A DNA stretch of 64,000 bases from an uncultured delta proteobacterium (GTDB taxonomy: Bacteria > Myxococcota_A > Polyangia > Polyangiales > Polyangiaceae), in contig CAWAIF010000003.1 in assembly GCA_963782055.1 (NCBI GenBank), positions 5,024,001 to 5,088,000 on the forward strand, written 5' to 3'. Positions 31,640 through 41,793 of the stretch are shown here, in pieces. The position numbers were made by a program, and so were the translations under genes. The notes below the pieces were generated by a model. The model saw only the letters and a list, made by a program, of their open reading frames with translations, was not told the origin of the DNA and ran no database searches. The number at the start of each line of letters is the position of its first letter. Position 1 is the first letter of the stretch.

Positions 31640-32440
31640 CTACGGGGGCAGCGCCGAGAAGTCATCGTAGGTGTAGACGCCGGTGGCGCCGTTCCCGCCC
31701 GAGAACCCGACCGCGCCCGGGGTGTCGATCCGCTCCGGGTCGGAATCGGACCACGACTGCTCGGCGATGAGCGTCCACTGGCTGTTCGCGTCGAGCGCTT
31801 CGATGGTCGCGCTCAGCTGGACGGGGTCGGTGCCGGCGGCGCCGAGCGACAGGCGATAGGAACCTCCTTCGTGCAGCACGGGTGAGATGGCGACCGCCGC
31901 CAGCTGGGTCTCCGCGGCCGCCCCGGTCTGCCGGGCGATCCAGGCCAGCGCGGGATCGTCCTCGATGTAGAAGATGTAGCCGTCGAATGCGTCCGGGGTC
32001 GCGGCCGTGGCGCTCTGGACGCGAACGTCGAGTTGCGGGTACGAGGGCCCCGGAAACCCGACTCCGAAGGTGACAGTCATCTGCGCCTTCACGTCGAGTC
32101 GATCCTCGGTCGCCGGTCGACGGACGAGGTGGTCGCGGTAGCTCAGGGCGTCGCCGACCCACTGCACCATCCCCGACGCGAGCGCGTAGCTCGGCGGGTC
32201 CTTGACGAGCCAACCGTTGCCGATGACCGAACCGTCGGGGCGGTCGAAATCGTCCGTGAAGTAGACGGTCGGTCCGGCGTCGGACGCGCCGTCGCCTGCC
32301 TCGCTCGCGACGTCCGGAGACGCGTCGCCGCCGGCATCGCTCCCGGAGCGGCCTCCGCCTTCGAGGTCACCCAGGCCGGGGAACAAGCAGGCGGCAGAGA
32401 GCAGGGGCCCGACGGTCGCCACGAGAATCCATCTCCCCAT
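31640..32440 (-). CDS. Hypothetical lipoprotein, probable beta-sandwich domain
   Basis: Lipobox SAAC, DAG linker, FTDDFDRPD...GAVGF...YDDF. Confidence 0.7.
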   Translation of the reverse strand: MGRWILVATVGPLLSAACLFPGLGDLEGGGRSGSDAGGDASPDVASEAGDGASDAGPTVYFTDDFDRPDGSVIGNGWLVKDPPSYALASGMVQWVGDALSYRDHLVRRPATEDRLDVKAQMTVTFGVGFPGPSYPQLDVRVQSATAATPDAFDGYIFYIEDDPALAWIARQTGAAAETQLAAVAISPVLHEGGSYRLSLGAAGTDPVQLSATIEALDANSQWTLIAEQSWSDSDPERIDTPGAVGFSGGNGATGVYTYDDFSALPP

Positions 32441-32595
32441 CCAAGGAGCGTATCAAGGAAGGCTTCCCCCGCCCAGCGATGGTCCAGGTGGACCGAAACT
32501 CGCCACGCGAACGCAAATACTTTCGGAGGGCGGCCGGTCCGGTCTCGTGATGGAATGAGTGCGTCACTGCGGCCGGGCCACCGCATGATGGAGAC

Positions 32596-34926
32596 GTGAA
32601 GATGTCGAACGCTCGAGCAGCCCTCTTCCTACTGGGAGCGGTCGGGGTGGCCTGCGGCCCCAACGCCACCACCACCCCGGATGACGCGTCGACGCCGGAC
32701 GCTTCGTGGGTCGACGGCAGCGCCGACGCCGCCACCGACGCCGGCGCCGACACCGGCGGCCCGGCGACGCCGGGGATCCTGCAGCTTGGCCCCGGGGGCG
32801 ACGCCTTCACGAACGAGGTGGTCATCGACCCGACGAACCCGCAGTACGTCTACATCTCCTCGGACAACGGCGGGTTCATGCGGTCCGAAGACGGCGGCGA
32901 TACGTGGGAGCGGATCATCGGGGAGCACGGCGGCCTCCTGAGCCAGAAGATCGTCGGTATCGAGCTCGACCCGACCGACCCCTCCACCCTGTACGTCTCG
33001 ACCATGGGTGGGATCTGGAAGTCCACGGATCGCGGCAAGACGTTCGTCGATCTGCACAATGGCTTGCCCGCCTACGGATACGCGAGCGGAGCTGCGCTTC
33101 ACGCGAACGCGTTTTCGGCGATCAAGATCAGTCCGTTCGACAGAAACGTCATCTACATCGGCGCGGGCTCGAACACCAAGTGGCGAACCAAGCCCGACTA
33201 CCTCGTCATGGGATACAGGTCCCTCGACGGCGGCAAGTCGTGGTCGCCGCTCGGCCTGACGGGAGGCCCCGTCCTCTCCAAGGGTTATTCGACGGCGGAG
33301 ATCGCCGTCGGTTCGAAGGACGGCAACACCGTCTACTACGCGGGCATGAACGGGATCTTCAAGTCGGTCGACGGGGGCGGTTCGTGGAGCAAGATCGCCG
33401 ATTCGAGGCTCCAGGACCACGTCATGGCGATCGACGCGGTGAAGGACAATCCGTCCATCGTCTACGCCGCGAAGGGCATGAATTCAGGCTCGGACGCGAC
33501 ATACGGCCTCTACAAGTCCATCGACGCCGGGAACAGCTGGACGAAGATGAACCCCGGGGGCGCGGCCAACGCACGTGTCATGGAGTTCCGGATCACGGAC
33601 GACAGCGGCCAGACCATCTACGCGATGTTCGGAAGCACGATCTACAAGACCGCCGACGGTGGCACCACATGGTCGTGCTACTCCTATCCGTACAACACCG
33701 GGTGGGCGACGTATTTCGGTGTCTCCGCCGGCCTGAGCTTCGACGTCTCGAGGTCGAATCCGCTCATCCTCTTCGCGGGGGCGAACGTCTACATCAAGAC
33801 CAACGGGCAGCCACTGTCTTGCGACACGACGCTGACCAAGAAGTCGTGGGTGCCGACGTACTCGACACCCGCGAACGTCGCCGGATTCTACAAGAACACC
33901 GGGCAGATCATGATCACGGGCGGGTGGGACGTGTTCGTCGACCCCGACGACACCCAGAACGTGATGGTCGGCGGGTTCGACCAGGGCTTTTCCATCAGCA
34001 AGGACGGCGGCCTCAGCTGGAAGAATTTTCAGCAAATCGGCACGAAGACCCAGACGGACGGTCACGACGCGGGCGGCTTCGCCAAGGACGATCATGGCAA
34101 CTTCTATGTCACGTACGGCGGAGACAACGTGCCGAACGCCAAGATCGGCTTGTTCACGAGCACCGACATGGAGACATGGTCCCTGGTGCACACGTTCCTG
34201 GCGACCTCGACGGTCCAGGTCCAGTTCCTGAAGTCCGGAGCGACCAGGAAGCTGTTCGCGATCGTGCGCGGGGCCGGCAACACGTCCAATACGTGGGACA
34301 CGGGCATCTGGTCGTCCTCCAACGACGGGGCCACGTGGGCCCGGCTCCCGGGGCTTCCCGTGTACAAGGGGAACCAATATCCGACGGGGCTCGCGCAGGA
34401 TCCCACGAATCCGGAGAACCTGTACGCGACGTTCGCGGTCGCCGGCAGCGGAGGGGTCTGGAAGTCGACCGACTTCGGAGGCTCGTGGTCGCAGGTGGCC
34501 GGGAGCAGTGCGACCAGCGCCATGTCCGACGCGCGAGGCGTCACCGTGGGGCCCAAAGGTCAATGCGTCGTGGGCGTTCGCGGGTCGAGCGGTGGCGTCT
34601 GGATGTCCGCCACCGGGGACTCGAGCTGGACGAAGATCGATACCAAGCTCGTGACGGCCAGCTCGACGTTCCCGAAGATGGCGTCCGCGCTGACGTACAC
34701 GAAGGACGGGAAGCTGGTCGTGGGCTACACCTCCTACGCGAGCTCGGAGAGTCCGACCAACGTCAATCCGCTGGCGATCACGCCGGACGACGGCGCGACG
34801 TGGACCGAGCTCCCGACGGGGAGCATGGTGTCCGAGTTCGGGCACATCGTCGCCGACCCGGTCGACGCCAAGGTGCTCTGGATCGCCACCGACGGCGGTG
34901 GCAGTTTCAAGTACACGATGCCCTGA
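32596..34926 (+). CDS. BNR/Asp-box beta-propeller lipoprotein (sortilin/GH74-like fold)
   Basis: About 10 S.D.G.(T/S)W Asp-boxes; lipobox GVAC. Confidence 0.85.
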   Translation: MKMSNARAALFLLGAVGVACGPNATTTPDDASTPDASWVDGSADAATDAGADTGGPATPGILQLGPGGDAFTNEVVIDPTNPQYVYISSDNGGFMRSEDGGDTWERIIGEHGGLLSQKIVGIELDPTDPSTLYVSTMGGIWKSTDRGKTFVDLHNGLPAYGYASGAALHANAFSAIKISPFDRNVIYIGAGSNTKWRTKPDYLVMGYRSLDGGKSWSPLGLTGGPVLSKGYSTAEIAVGSKDGNTVYYAGMNGIFKSVDGGGSWSKIADSRLQDHVMAIDAVKDNPSIVYAAKGMNSGSDATYGLYKSIDAGNSWTKMNPGGAANARVMEFRITDDSGQTIYAMFGSTIYKTADGGTTWSCYSYPYNTGWATYFGVSAGLSFDVSRSNPLILFAGANVYIKTNGQPLSCDTTLTKKSWVPTYSTPANVAGFYKNTGQIMITGGWDVFVDPDDTQNVMVGGFDQGFSISKDGGLSWKNFQQIGTKTQTDGHDAGGFAKDDHGNFYVTYGGDNVPNAKIGLFTSTDMETWSLVHTFLATSTVQVQFLKSGATRKLFAIVRGAGNTSNTWDTGIWSSSNDGATWARLPGLPVYKGNQYPTGLAQDPTNPENLYATFAVAGSGGVWKSTDFGGSWSQVAGSSATSAMSDARGVTVGPKGQCVVGVRGSSGGVWMSATGDSSWTKIDTKLVTASSTFPKMASALTYTKDGKLVVGYTSYASSESPTNVNPLAITPDDGATWTELPTGSMVSEFGHIVADPVDAKVLWIATDGGGSFKYTMP

Positions 34927-34961
34927 TCCAGACGAGCGGTCGCGATTCGCGAACGCGGACC
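34923..34961. repeat. Short intergenic repeat family B, copy 2
   Basis: ctgatccagacgagcggtcgcgattcgcgaacgcggacc; its TGA is the stop of the upstream gene. Confidence 0.75.
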
Positions 34962-34999
34962 GATTGCTTTTCGTGCGCGCGTCACTACCGTCGCGCGTC

Positions 35000-35983
35000 A
35001 TGGTCCCGCTCTCGATCCTCGATCTCGCACCCATCACGCAGGGCAGTGACGCCTCGCGCTCCTTCCGCAACACGCTGGACCTCGCACGGCACGCCGAGCG
35101 CTGGGGCTACAACCGCTTCTGGCTCGCCGAGCACCACGGGATGCCCGGAATCGCGAGCGCCGCGACCGCGGTGCTGCTCGCCCACGTGGCGGACGGGACG
35201 ACGACGCTGCGCGTGGGCGCGGGCGGCATCATGCTGCCCAACCACGCGCCGCTCGTCATCGCGGAGCAGTTCGGCACGCTGGAGTCGCTCTTCCCCGGCC
35301 GCATCGACCTGGGCCTCGGGCGGGCGCCCGGCTCCGATGCCGCCACCGCCCGCGCCCTGCGCCGCAACCTCGCCGCGACACCCGACGACTTCCCGCAGGA
35401 CGTTCTGGAGCTGATGGACTACTTCTCGCCCGCGCCGGAGCAGCCTGTGCGCGCGGTCCCCGGCACCGGCCTCCAGGTGCCCATCTGGATCCTCGGGTCC
35501 AGCCTCTTCGGCGCCCAGCTCGCCGCGGCGCTCGGCCTGCCCTACGCCTTCGCCTCGCACTTCGCGCCGGCGCAGATGCACGACGCCGTCCGCGTCTACC
35601 GCGCGCGCTACCGGCCGTCGGAGCGCCACCCGCGCCCCTACGTCATGCTCGGCTTCAACGTCTTCGCCGCCGACACCGACGAGGAGGCCGCGGTGCTCGC
35701 GACCTCCGCGCAGCAGGCGTTCGTCAACCTGCGCAGCGGGAGGCCTTCGCAGCTGCCGCCTCCGCGGCCCGGGTACATGGACCAGATCGGAGCGCCGGAG
35801 CGCGCGCTGCTCGCCGGCGTGCTCTCGTGCTCGGCCATCGGCTCGCCGGCGACCGTGCGACGCGAGGTCGCGGCCTTCGTGGAGCAGACCGGCGCCGACG
35901 AGCTCATCTTCGCCTCGATGATCCACGACCACTCCGCGCGATTGCGTAGCTACGAGATCGCGGCGGACCTCCTCGACGCGTGA
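35000..35983 (+). CDS. LLM-class flavin-dependent oxidoreductase (YhbW-like)
   Basis: [35 protein letters not shown]. Confidence 0.92.
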   Translation: MVPLSILDLAPITQGSDASRSFRNTLDLARHAERWGYNRFWLAEHHGMPGIASAATAVLLAHVADGTTTLRVGAGGIMLPNHAPLVIAEQFGTLESLFPGRIDLGLGRAPGSDAATARALRRNLAATPDDFPQDVLELMDYFSPAPEQPVRAVPGTGLQVPIWILGSSLFGAQLAAALGLPYAFASHFAPAQMHDAVRVYRARYRPSERHPRPYVMLGFNVFAADTDEEAAVLATSAQQAFVNLRSGRPSQLPPPRPGYMDQIGAPERALLAGVLSCSAIGSPATVRREVAAFVEQTGADELIFASMIHDHSARLRSYEIAADLLDA

Positions 35984-36014
35984 CTCGGCACGAGCCTTGC
36001 TGCCCCGGGTGCCC

Positions 36015-37091
36015 ATGGTCCCCAAGCTCCTTCTCTGTGCTGCCGCACTCCTGCTCTTTGCCGCGAGCTGCAACAAGAAGGAGGAGTCCGGGGGCGCACC
36101 GACAGCGTCCGCCTCCGCAGCTCCTGCGCCCAAGCCGGCGTTCGACCCGAGCGTGATGGCGGTCTTCCAGCCGCTGCCCAGGAGCGCCGACCTCCCGGGC
36201 ACCAACCCCGACCGCGTCGCGCTCGGCAAGATGCTCTACTTCGACGCCCGGCTTTCCAAGAACCACGATGTCTCGTGCAACAGCTGCCACAAGCTGGACG
36301 CCTTCGGCGTGGACGGAACGCCCACGAGCGTGGGGCACAAGCAGCAGCACGGCACACGCAACTCGCCCACCGTGCTGAACGCCGCCATCGAGTTCCGGCA
36401 GTTCTGGGACGGCCGCGCAGCGACGGTCGAAGATCAGGCGACCGGTCCGATGCAGAACCCGGTGGAGATGGCCTCCGACGACAAGCTGGTGGTGGCGACG
36501 GTCTCCTCCATGCCGGAGTACGTGACGCGGTTCGCCAAGGCCTTCCCGGACGAGAAGGCGCCGATCACCATGAAGAACGTGGGGATCGCCATCGGCGCCT
36601 TCGAGCGCAAGCTGCTGACGCCCGGCCGCCTGGACAAGTACCTGGAGGGCGACCACTCGGCGATGACGGAGCCGGAGCTCCTGGGCGCGCAGAAGTTCGT
36701 GCAGACCGGGTGCACCACGTGCCACATGGGCCCTGGCGTCGGAGGCAGCATGTACCAGAAGGCGGGCCTCGTGCACCCGTGGCCGAACCAGAAGGATCAG
36801 GGCCGCTACGAGGACACCAAGAACGACGCCGACCGCATGATGTTCAAGGTGCCCAGCTTGCGGAACGTCGCGAAGACGGCACCCTACTTCAGTGACGGGT
36901 CCGTCGCGTCGCTGGACGAGGCGGTGCACATGATGGCGCACTACCAGCTCGGCAAGGAGCTATCGCCAAAGGACGTGAAGAGCATCGTCACCTTCCTGGA
37001 CGTGCTGACGGCTGCGCCCCCTCCCGACCTCGTCGCGCCCCCGACGTTGCCCAAGAGCACGGCGAAGACGCCGAAGCCCAATCCCAACTGA
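36015..37091 (+). CDS. Di-heme cytochrome c peroxidase
   Basis: LGKMLYFD, SCNSCH, RNSPTV.N, QFWDGRA, CTTCH, FKVPSLRNV..TAPY; lipobox. Confidence 0.92.
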   Translation: MVPKLLLCAAALLLFAASCNKKEESGGAPTASASAAPAPKPAFDPSVMAVFQPLPRSADLPGTNPDRVALGKMLYFDARLSKNHDVSCNSCHKLDAFGVDGTPTSVGHKQQHGTRNSPTVLNAAIEFRQFWDGRAATVEDQATGPMQNPVEMASDDKLVVATVSSMPEYVTRFAKAFPDEKAPITMKNVGIAIGAFERKLLTPGRLDKYLEGDHSAMTEPELLGAQKFVQTGCTTCHMGPGVGGSMYQKAGLVHPWPNQKDQGRYEDTKNDADRMMFKVPSLRNVAKTAPYFSDGSVASLDEAVHMMAHYQLGKELSPKDVKSIVTFLDVLTAAPPPDLVAPPTLPKSTAKTPKPNPN

Positions 37092-37115
37092 CCGGTCCGC
37101 GGAGGTGGCGTCGGC

Positions 37116-37472
37116 TCAGTGGCACTGGAAGACGGCGTCGCCGCCTTCGAAGACATAGAGCGAGCCCACGTCGCCGAGGTTCAGCTCGGGGACGAGGCCG
37201 TCGTTGATCTGGATGAGCAGGCCGTCGTCATCGCCGTCGAACTCCTGGATCCAGAACGGCTTGCCGAAGATGTGGGCGCCCGCAGACCAGATGGCCTTGC
37301 GCAGCGTCTCGACGGCGGCGGCTCGTTCGCCGTCGCCAAAGACCTCGAAGTCCTTGGTCTTGGATTGTCCGGCGGTACCCAGCTTGCCCCACCGTGTCGT
37401 CAGCGAGGTGCCGGCGACCGCGCCCGCCCAGAACTTGGCGTGCCCATCCTTGGTGCATTCGAAGCGTCGCAT
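37116..37472 (-). pseudogene. WGR-like N-terminus fused directly to a YwqG/DUF1963-like C-terminus (probable internal deletion)
   Basis: KFW...RWGKLGTAGQSKTK truncated before the WGR helix, then GKPFWIQ...LLIQ...NLGDVGSLYVF...QCH. Confidence 0.5.
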
Positions 37473-37568
37473 GCCGCCATGTACGTCGTAAACCCAGGAC
37501 CCTTCCCTGGCCTCCGGGCTCGCTCGGCCAACGAGCCGGGGACGGAAGCTGCTATCGTCGCGCTCTCT

Positions 37569-38192
37569 ATGACGGACCAGGCGACGGGCTTCGATCCCTT
37601 CGATGGGCGCCGCGACCGCCTCGGTCCTCTCGACGACTTCCCGTGCAAGGCGCACTGGCAGGCGGCGCGCCATCGCTACGTGCTCGACGAGTACGGCGAG
37701 CGCGGCGTGAGCGACGTGCTCTCGCGGCTCACGCCTGCGCTGCGCGAAGCCTTCCTCCGGCCGGCGGTGACGATGGCGTGGAGCACGGTGGCCACGGTCG
37801 TCGGCATCGATCGCGCGATCTACGAGGGCCCGATGGGCTCGAGCCTGAATCGCATGCGTCACTTCGGCTCGGAGATCGCCAAGTACGACGTGCCGGGGAT
37901 CTACCGCGCCTTCTTCCGGCTCGGCACGCCCGGCTTCATCCTCGGAAAGATCCCGCTGGTGTACCGGCAGTACTTCAAGAAGGGCGCGGTGAAGTGTCAC
38001 GTCGAACAGGCGCGGGCGGAGATCCACCTGGAGGGCGTCGCCTTTCCCCACTACCTGTGCGCGTACGGCATCACCGGGTGGTTCGACGCCATGCTGGAGC
38101 TCGTCGGAACGCGGGGCTCGAGCCTGGAGCACACCGCCTGCGTCCACCGCGATGATCCTGGATGCACGTGGACGGCTACCTGGCGCCGCTGA
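37569..38192 (+). CDS. Myxobacterial DUF2378/TIGR02265-like (V4R-related) protein
   Basis: YR.F....P..IL.....Y.QYF..G...GW....LE..G...C..R....C...W pattern. Confidence 0.55.
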   Translation: MTDQATGFDPFDGRRDRLGPLDDFPCKAHWQAARHRYVLDEYGERGVSDVLSRLTPALREAFLRPAVTMAWSTVATVVGIDRAIYEGPMGSSLNRMRHFGSEIAKYDVPGIYRAFFRLGTPGFILGKIPLVYRQYFKKGAVKCHVEQARAEIHLEGVAFPHYLCAYGITGWFDAMLELVGTRGSSLEHTACVHRDDPGCTWTATWRR

Positions 38193-38211
38193 GCCGCGGC
38201 GGGGGGATGCG

Positions 38212-38571
38212 TCAGCACCCGTCAGGGAGGGCCACGCAGTGGGTCGTGACGGTGTCGCAGTAGTAGCCGCCGAAGCACCCGTTGGGCTGGCAGGCGTTGC
38301 TCGAACCGTTGCAGGCGTGGCACGTGGCGGCGGTGTCGGGGGCGACGTAGTCGGCGCACAGGCCCCCGTCGGGGGCCGCGTCGTCGTCGCTCGATTCGTC
38401 GCTCGAGGCATCGGCGTCGATGGCGGGCAGCTCGGTCACGTCCGGTCGCACCGCGGCGTCGCCATCACCCGCCGGGTCGTCTTGCGGCGCGGCGGGGTCC
38501 TGGAGCGTGGTGGGCGCGGCGCCGCTGCACGCGGCGAGCAAGAGAAGGAGCGGCACGGTCAGGCGATGCAT
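38212..38571 (-). CDS. Small Cys-rich lipoprotein
   Basis: Lipobox LLAAC; C-terminal C..C...NGCFGGYYC...C. Confidence 0.65.
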   Translation of the reverse strand: MHRLTVPLLLLLAACSGAAPTTLQDPAAPQDDPAGDGDAAVRPDVTELPAIDADASSDESSDDDAAPDGGLCADYVAPDTAATCHACNGSSNACQPNGCFGGYYCDTVTTHCVALPDGC

Positions 38572-38666
38572 GGGCGGTCGTACGACGCGGCGCCCAAAAT
38601 CTTCCTTTCCTGCTGGACCGCGGGGCGCCGCATCGCGCGGGGGCCCGCGCGTGCCGGTGGGTCAGG

Positions 38667-39275
38667 TCACCGGCACTGACTCGTCGACGTCAGCTTCTGG
38701 CACTGGTTGGAGCAGCAGTCGCTCCCGTACCGGCAGTACGCGCCCGACTGGCCGCAGTTGGTGCCGCCGTCGCCGCCGCCGGTCGGCGTCGCGCACACAC
38801 CCTGCGGCAGACAGAGGCCGAAGCAGCAGTCGCTCGCCTGCCCGCACGCCTGCCCGCCGAGCGCGCAGCCGAGCCCGCCGTCACCGACCGGGGGGAAGGC
38901 GCACCCGCCGAAGCCGTTGTCGTTGAGACAGTAGCCAGTGCAGCAGGAGTTGGAGTCGGTGCAGGCCGACCCCAGCTCCAGACACTGGTTGCCGTTGCCG
39001 AAGCAGAGGTTGTTGTCGCAGAGGCCGCTGCAGCAGTTGCGGTTCTGCGTGCAGAAGTTCTGGTCGGTCACGCACGCCTGCTCGACCGCCGGCTTGGCCT
39101 GGCAGTACGCCGCGTCCTCGTAGAGCAGGCAGTAGCCCGTGCAGCAATCGGAGTCCTGCGTGCACTCGTGACCGACGCCGGTGAGGCTGCACTGCGTGTC
39201 CCCCGGACCCGCCGAGCCGCAACGCACCAAAAGCACGAGCCCGATCGGCAAGAGCACGGCGGCGGTGCGTCGCAT
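38667..39275 (-). CDS. Secreted protein of five C-C-CC-C-C modules
   Basis: Signal peptide followed by five six-Cys repeats. Confidence 0.75.
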   Translation of the reverse strand: MRRTAAVLLPIGLVLLVRCGSAGPGDTQCSLTGVGHECTQDSDCCTGYCLLYEDAAYCQAKPAVEQACVTDQNFCTQNRNCCSGLCDNNLCFGNGNQCLELGSACTDSNSCCTGYCLNDNGFGGCAFPPVGDGGLGCALGGQACGQASDCCFGLCLPQGVCATPTGGGDGGTNCGQSGAYCRYGSDCCSNQCQKLTSTSQCR

Positions 39276-39330
39276 CGAGGAACCCTACGGGTGGGACGCT
39301 CCCCGCGCAAGGCTGTGCTAGGACCCGGCC

Positions 39331-40095
39331 ATGGAGAAGAGCATCTTCGTCACCGGCGCGGCCTCGGGCATCGGCAAGGCGGCGGCGCTGCGCTTCGCCC
39401 GGGAGGGGTGGTTCGTCGGCCTCTACGACGTGGACGAGCGGGGCCTCTCCGCCGTCCGCGCGGAGGTGGGGCCGGAGCGCTCCAGCCAGGGTGTCCTGGA
39501 CGTGACCGATCTCGACGCCTACCGCCGCGCGGTCACCGCCTTCGGCTCCGCCACCCGCGGGAGGATGGACGTGCTCTTCGGCTGCGCCGGGATCCTGCGC
39601 CTCGGCCGCTTCGAGGACGTGCCCCCGGCCGAGGCGCAGAAGGAGATCGCCGTCAACGTGGGCGGGGTGGTCAACGGCGTCTACGCCGCGCTGCCGCTGC
39701 TGGAGAAGACGGAGCGCAGCCTCGTCCTGAGCATGTCCAGCGCGTCGGCCATCTATGGCGTGCCCGAGCACGCGGTCTACTCTGCGACCAAGTTCGCGGT
39801 GCGCGGCCTGACGGAGGCGCTGGACCTCGAGCTTCGCTCCAAGGGCATCCGCGTCGCGGACCTCATGCCCGGCTACGTCGACACGCCCATGGTCCAGTCG
39901 CAGACGCACCGCGCGGGGACGCTGCGGTCGATGGGGGTGAAGCTCACCGCCGAGGACGTGGCAGAGCTGGCGTGGGAGGCGGCGCACGGCGACAAGGTCC
40001 ACTGGATGCCTCGGCTGGACATCAAGATCATGGCGCGGTTCGCCGGCTTCGGCAGCCTGGCCCGGCCGCTGATGCGTCGCTTCTCCGGGATGTAG
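39331..40095 (+). CDS. Short-chain dehydrogenase/reductase
   Basis: TGAASGIG, MSS, YSATK. Confidence 0.92.
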   Translation: MEKSIFVTGAASGIGKAAALRFAREGWFVGLYDVDERGLSAVRAEVGPERSSQGVLDVTDLDAYRRAVTAFGSATRGRMDVLFGCAGILRLGRFEDVPPAEAQKEIAVNVGGVVNGVYAALPLLEKTERSLVLSMSSASAIYGVPEHAVYSATKFAVRGLTEALDLELRSKGIRVADLMPGYVDTPMVQSQTHRAGTLRSMGVKLTAEDVAELAWEAAHGDKVHWMPRLDIKIMARFAGFGSLARPLMRRFSGM

Positions 40096-40149
40096 CGCCC
40101 CCGGAACGTTGCCCGGACGCGGGCGGCGTGGGATGCTGATCTTCCGAGC

Positions 40150-41673
40150 GTGTCCGTGAGCCAAGCCACGAATCAGCTCATCCTTCCTCTCGACGAATTC
40201 AGCGCGCACCCCAGCGCGACGATTCCGAAGACGAAGCGTGTATTCTGCAACCGCAACCTGCGCATGACGGGCATCGCGTGGGTCGGCTTCGACATGGACT
40301 ACACGCTGGCCATCTACGACCAGCCGGAGATGGACCGCCTCTCCATCGACGCCACCAAGCAGAAGCTGGTGGGTCGCGGGTACCCGGAGTTCATCGTCGA
40401 CGTGCCGGTCTCCATCGACTTCCCGGTGCGCGGCCTGCTCATCGACAAGCGCTTCGGCCACGTGCTGAAGATGGACCGCTACAAGCAGGTGGCGAAGGGC
40501 TACCACGGCACCCGCCAGCTCTCCCGCGACGAGCTGCGCTCCCTCTACCAGGCGAAGAAGCTCCGCCCGGCGACGCCGCGCTACCACTGGATCGACACCC
40601 TGTACGCGCTCTCGGAGGTGGCGCTCTACACGGCGCTGGTGGACGCGCTGGAGCAGCGCGGCCAGGCGGTGGACTACGCGCGACTCTTCTCCGACATCCG
40701 CGAGAGCATCGACGAGGCGCACCGCGACGGCACCATCCTGGACGCGGTGCTCGGCGACCTGCCGCGCTTCATCCGGCGGGATCCCGACCTCGCGCCGACG
40801 CTGCACAAGCTCCGCAGCGCGGGCAAGAAGCTCTTCCTCCTGACCAACTCGCGCTGGCCTTACACCGAGAAGATGATGCAGTACCTGCTCGGGGGGGCGA
40901 TGGCGGAGTATCCGGCGTGGCGCAACTACTTCGACGTCGTGGTGGTCGCCGCCACCAAGCCCGCCTTCTTCACCGAGCGCCGCCCGCTGATGGAGCGCGA
41001 GGGCGAGACGGTGCGGCCGGCGACCTTCCCGCTGGAGCGCGGCCGCATCTACGAAGGCGGCAACCTGCACGAGCTGGAGCGCGCGCTGGGCACCCCGGGC
41101 GACCGCGTGCTCTACGTGGGCGATCACATCTACGGCGACATCCTGCGGTCCAAGAAGGACAGCGTGTGGCGCACCGCGATGATCATCCAGGAGCTGGAGA
41201 CCGAGGTCGCCGCGAGCGAGCAGTGCCGGGAGGACTACGCGCGCACCCTGGAGCTGGAGGACATGCGCGAGCACCTGGAGGACGAGCTGCGCTTCCTGCA
41301 GGCGCGCTTCAAGGAGCTCTCCCGCGCGACGGGCAAGCAGAACGGCAACGGCAACGGGCACTCCGGCGGCAACGGCCACGGCGACCTGACAGCCGAGGCG
41401 GAGCGCGGGCGCGTCAAGCGCGCCGTGGAGCGGGTGCGCGGAATGCTGCGCGAGTGCGACGCCGAGATGATGGCCATCGAGAAGCGCATCGACGCGCGCT
41501 TCCATCCGTACTGGGGCTCGCTGCTGAAGGAGGCGAGCGACCAGTCCAGCTTCGGCGCGCAGGTGGAGGAGTACGCGTGCCTTTACACCTCGCGCGTCTC
41601 CAACCTGATGCTCTACTCCCCGCAGCAGCACTTCCGGAGCCCGCGGGACTTCATGGCACACGAAGAGGGCTGA
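40150..41673 (+). CDS. HAD-IG family (cN-II-like) 5'-nucleotidase
   Basis: GFDMDYTL, LTNS, KP.FF, YVGDHIYGDI, YACLYTSRVSN. Confidence 0.92.
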   Translation: MSVSQATNQLILPLDEFSAHPSATIPKTKRVFCNRNLRMTGIAWVGFDMDYTLAIYDQPEMDRLSIDATKQKLVGRGYPEFIVDVPVSIDFPVRGLLIDKRFGHVLKMDRYKQVAKGYHGTRQLSRDELRSLYQAKKLRPATPRYHWIDTLYALSEVALYTALVDALEQRGQAVDYARLFSDIRESIDEAHRDGTILDAVLGDLPRFIRRDPDLAPTLHKLRSAGKKLFLLTNSRWPYTEKMMQYLLGGAMAEYPAWRNYFDVVVVAATKPAFFTERRPLMEREGETVRPATFPLERGRIYEGGNLHELERALGTPGDRVLYVGDHIYGDILRSKKDSVWRTAMIIQELETEVAASEQCREDYARTLELEDMREHLEDELRFLQARFKELSRATGKQNGNGNGHSGGNGHGDLTAEAERGRVKRAVERVRGMLRECDAEMMAIEKRIDARFHPYWGSLLKEASDQSSFGAQVEEYACLYTSRVSNLMLYSPQQHFRSPRDFMAHEEG

Positions 41674-41709
41674 CGCGCGACGACCCCCTGCCGCGAACGA
41701 GGGTCGTTC

Positions 41710-41793
41710 TTCGGGGCGGGGCGGCGCGTGCCGCCCCGTGAGACAAGACCTGAATCGGACGAGCGCGACTCCGAATCGCGCTCGTCCATTTAG
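41710..41793. repeat. REP/MITE-like palindromic intergenic repeat family A, copy 2
   Basis: About 92% identical to 6843-6925; perfect stem ggacgagcgcga/tcgcgctcgtcc. Confidence 0.85.

Noticed and set aside
38212..38571. CHAC in the small lipoprotein as a heme-binding site
   Set aside because: The sequence is CHACN, not CxxCH
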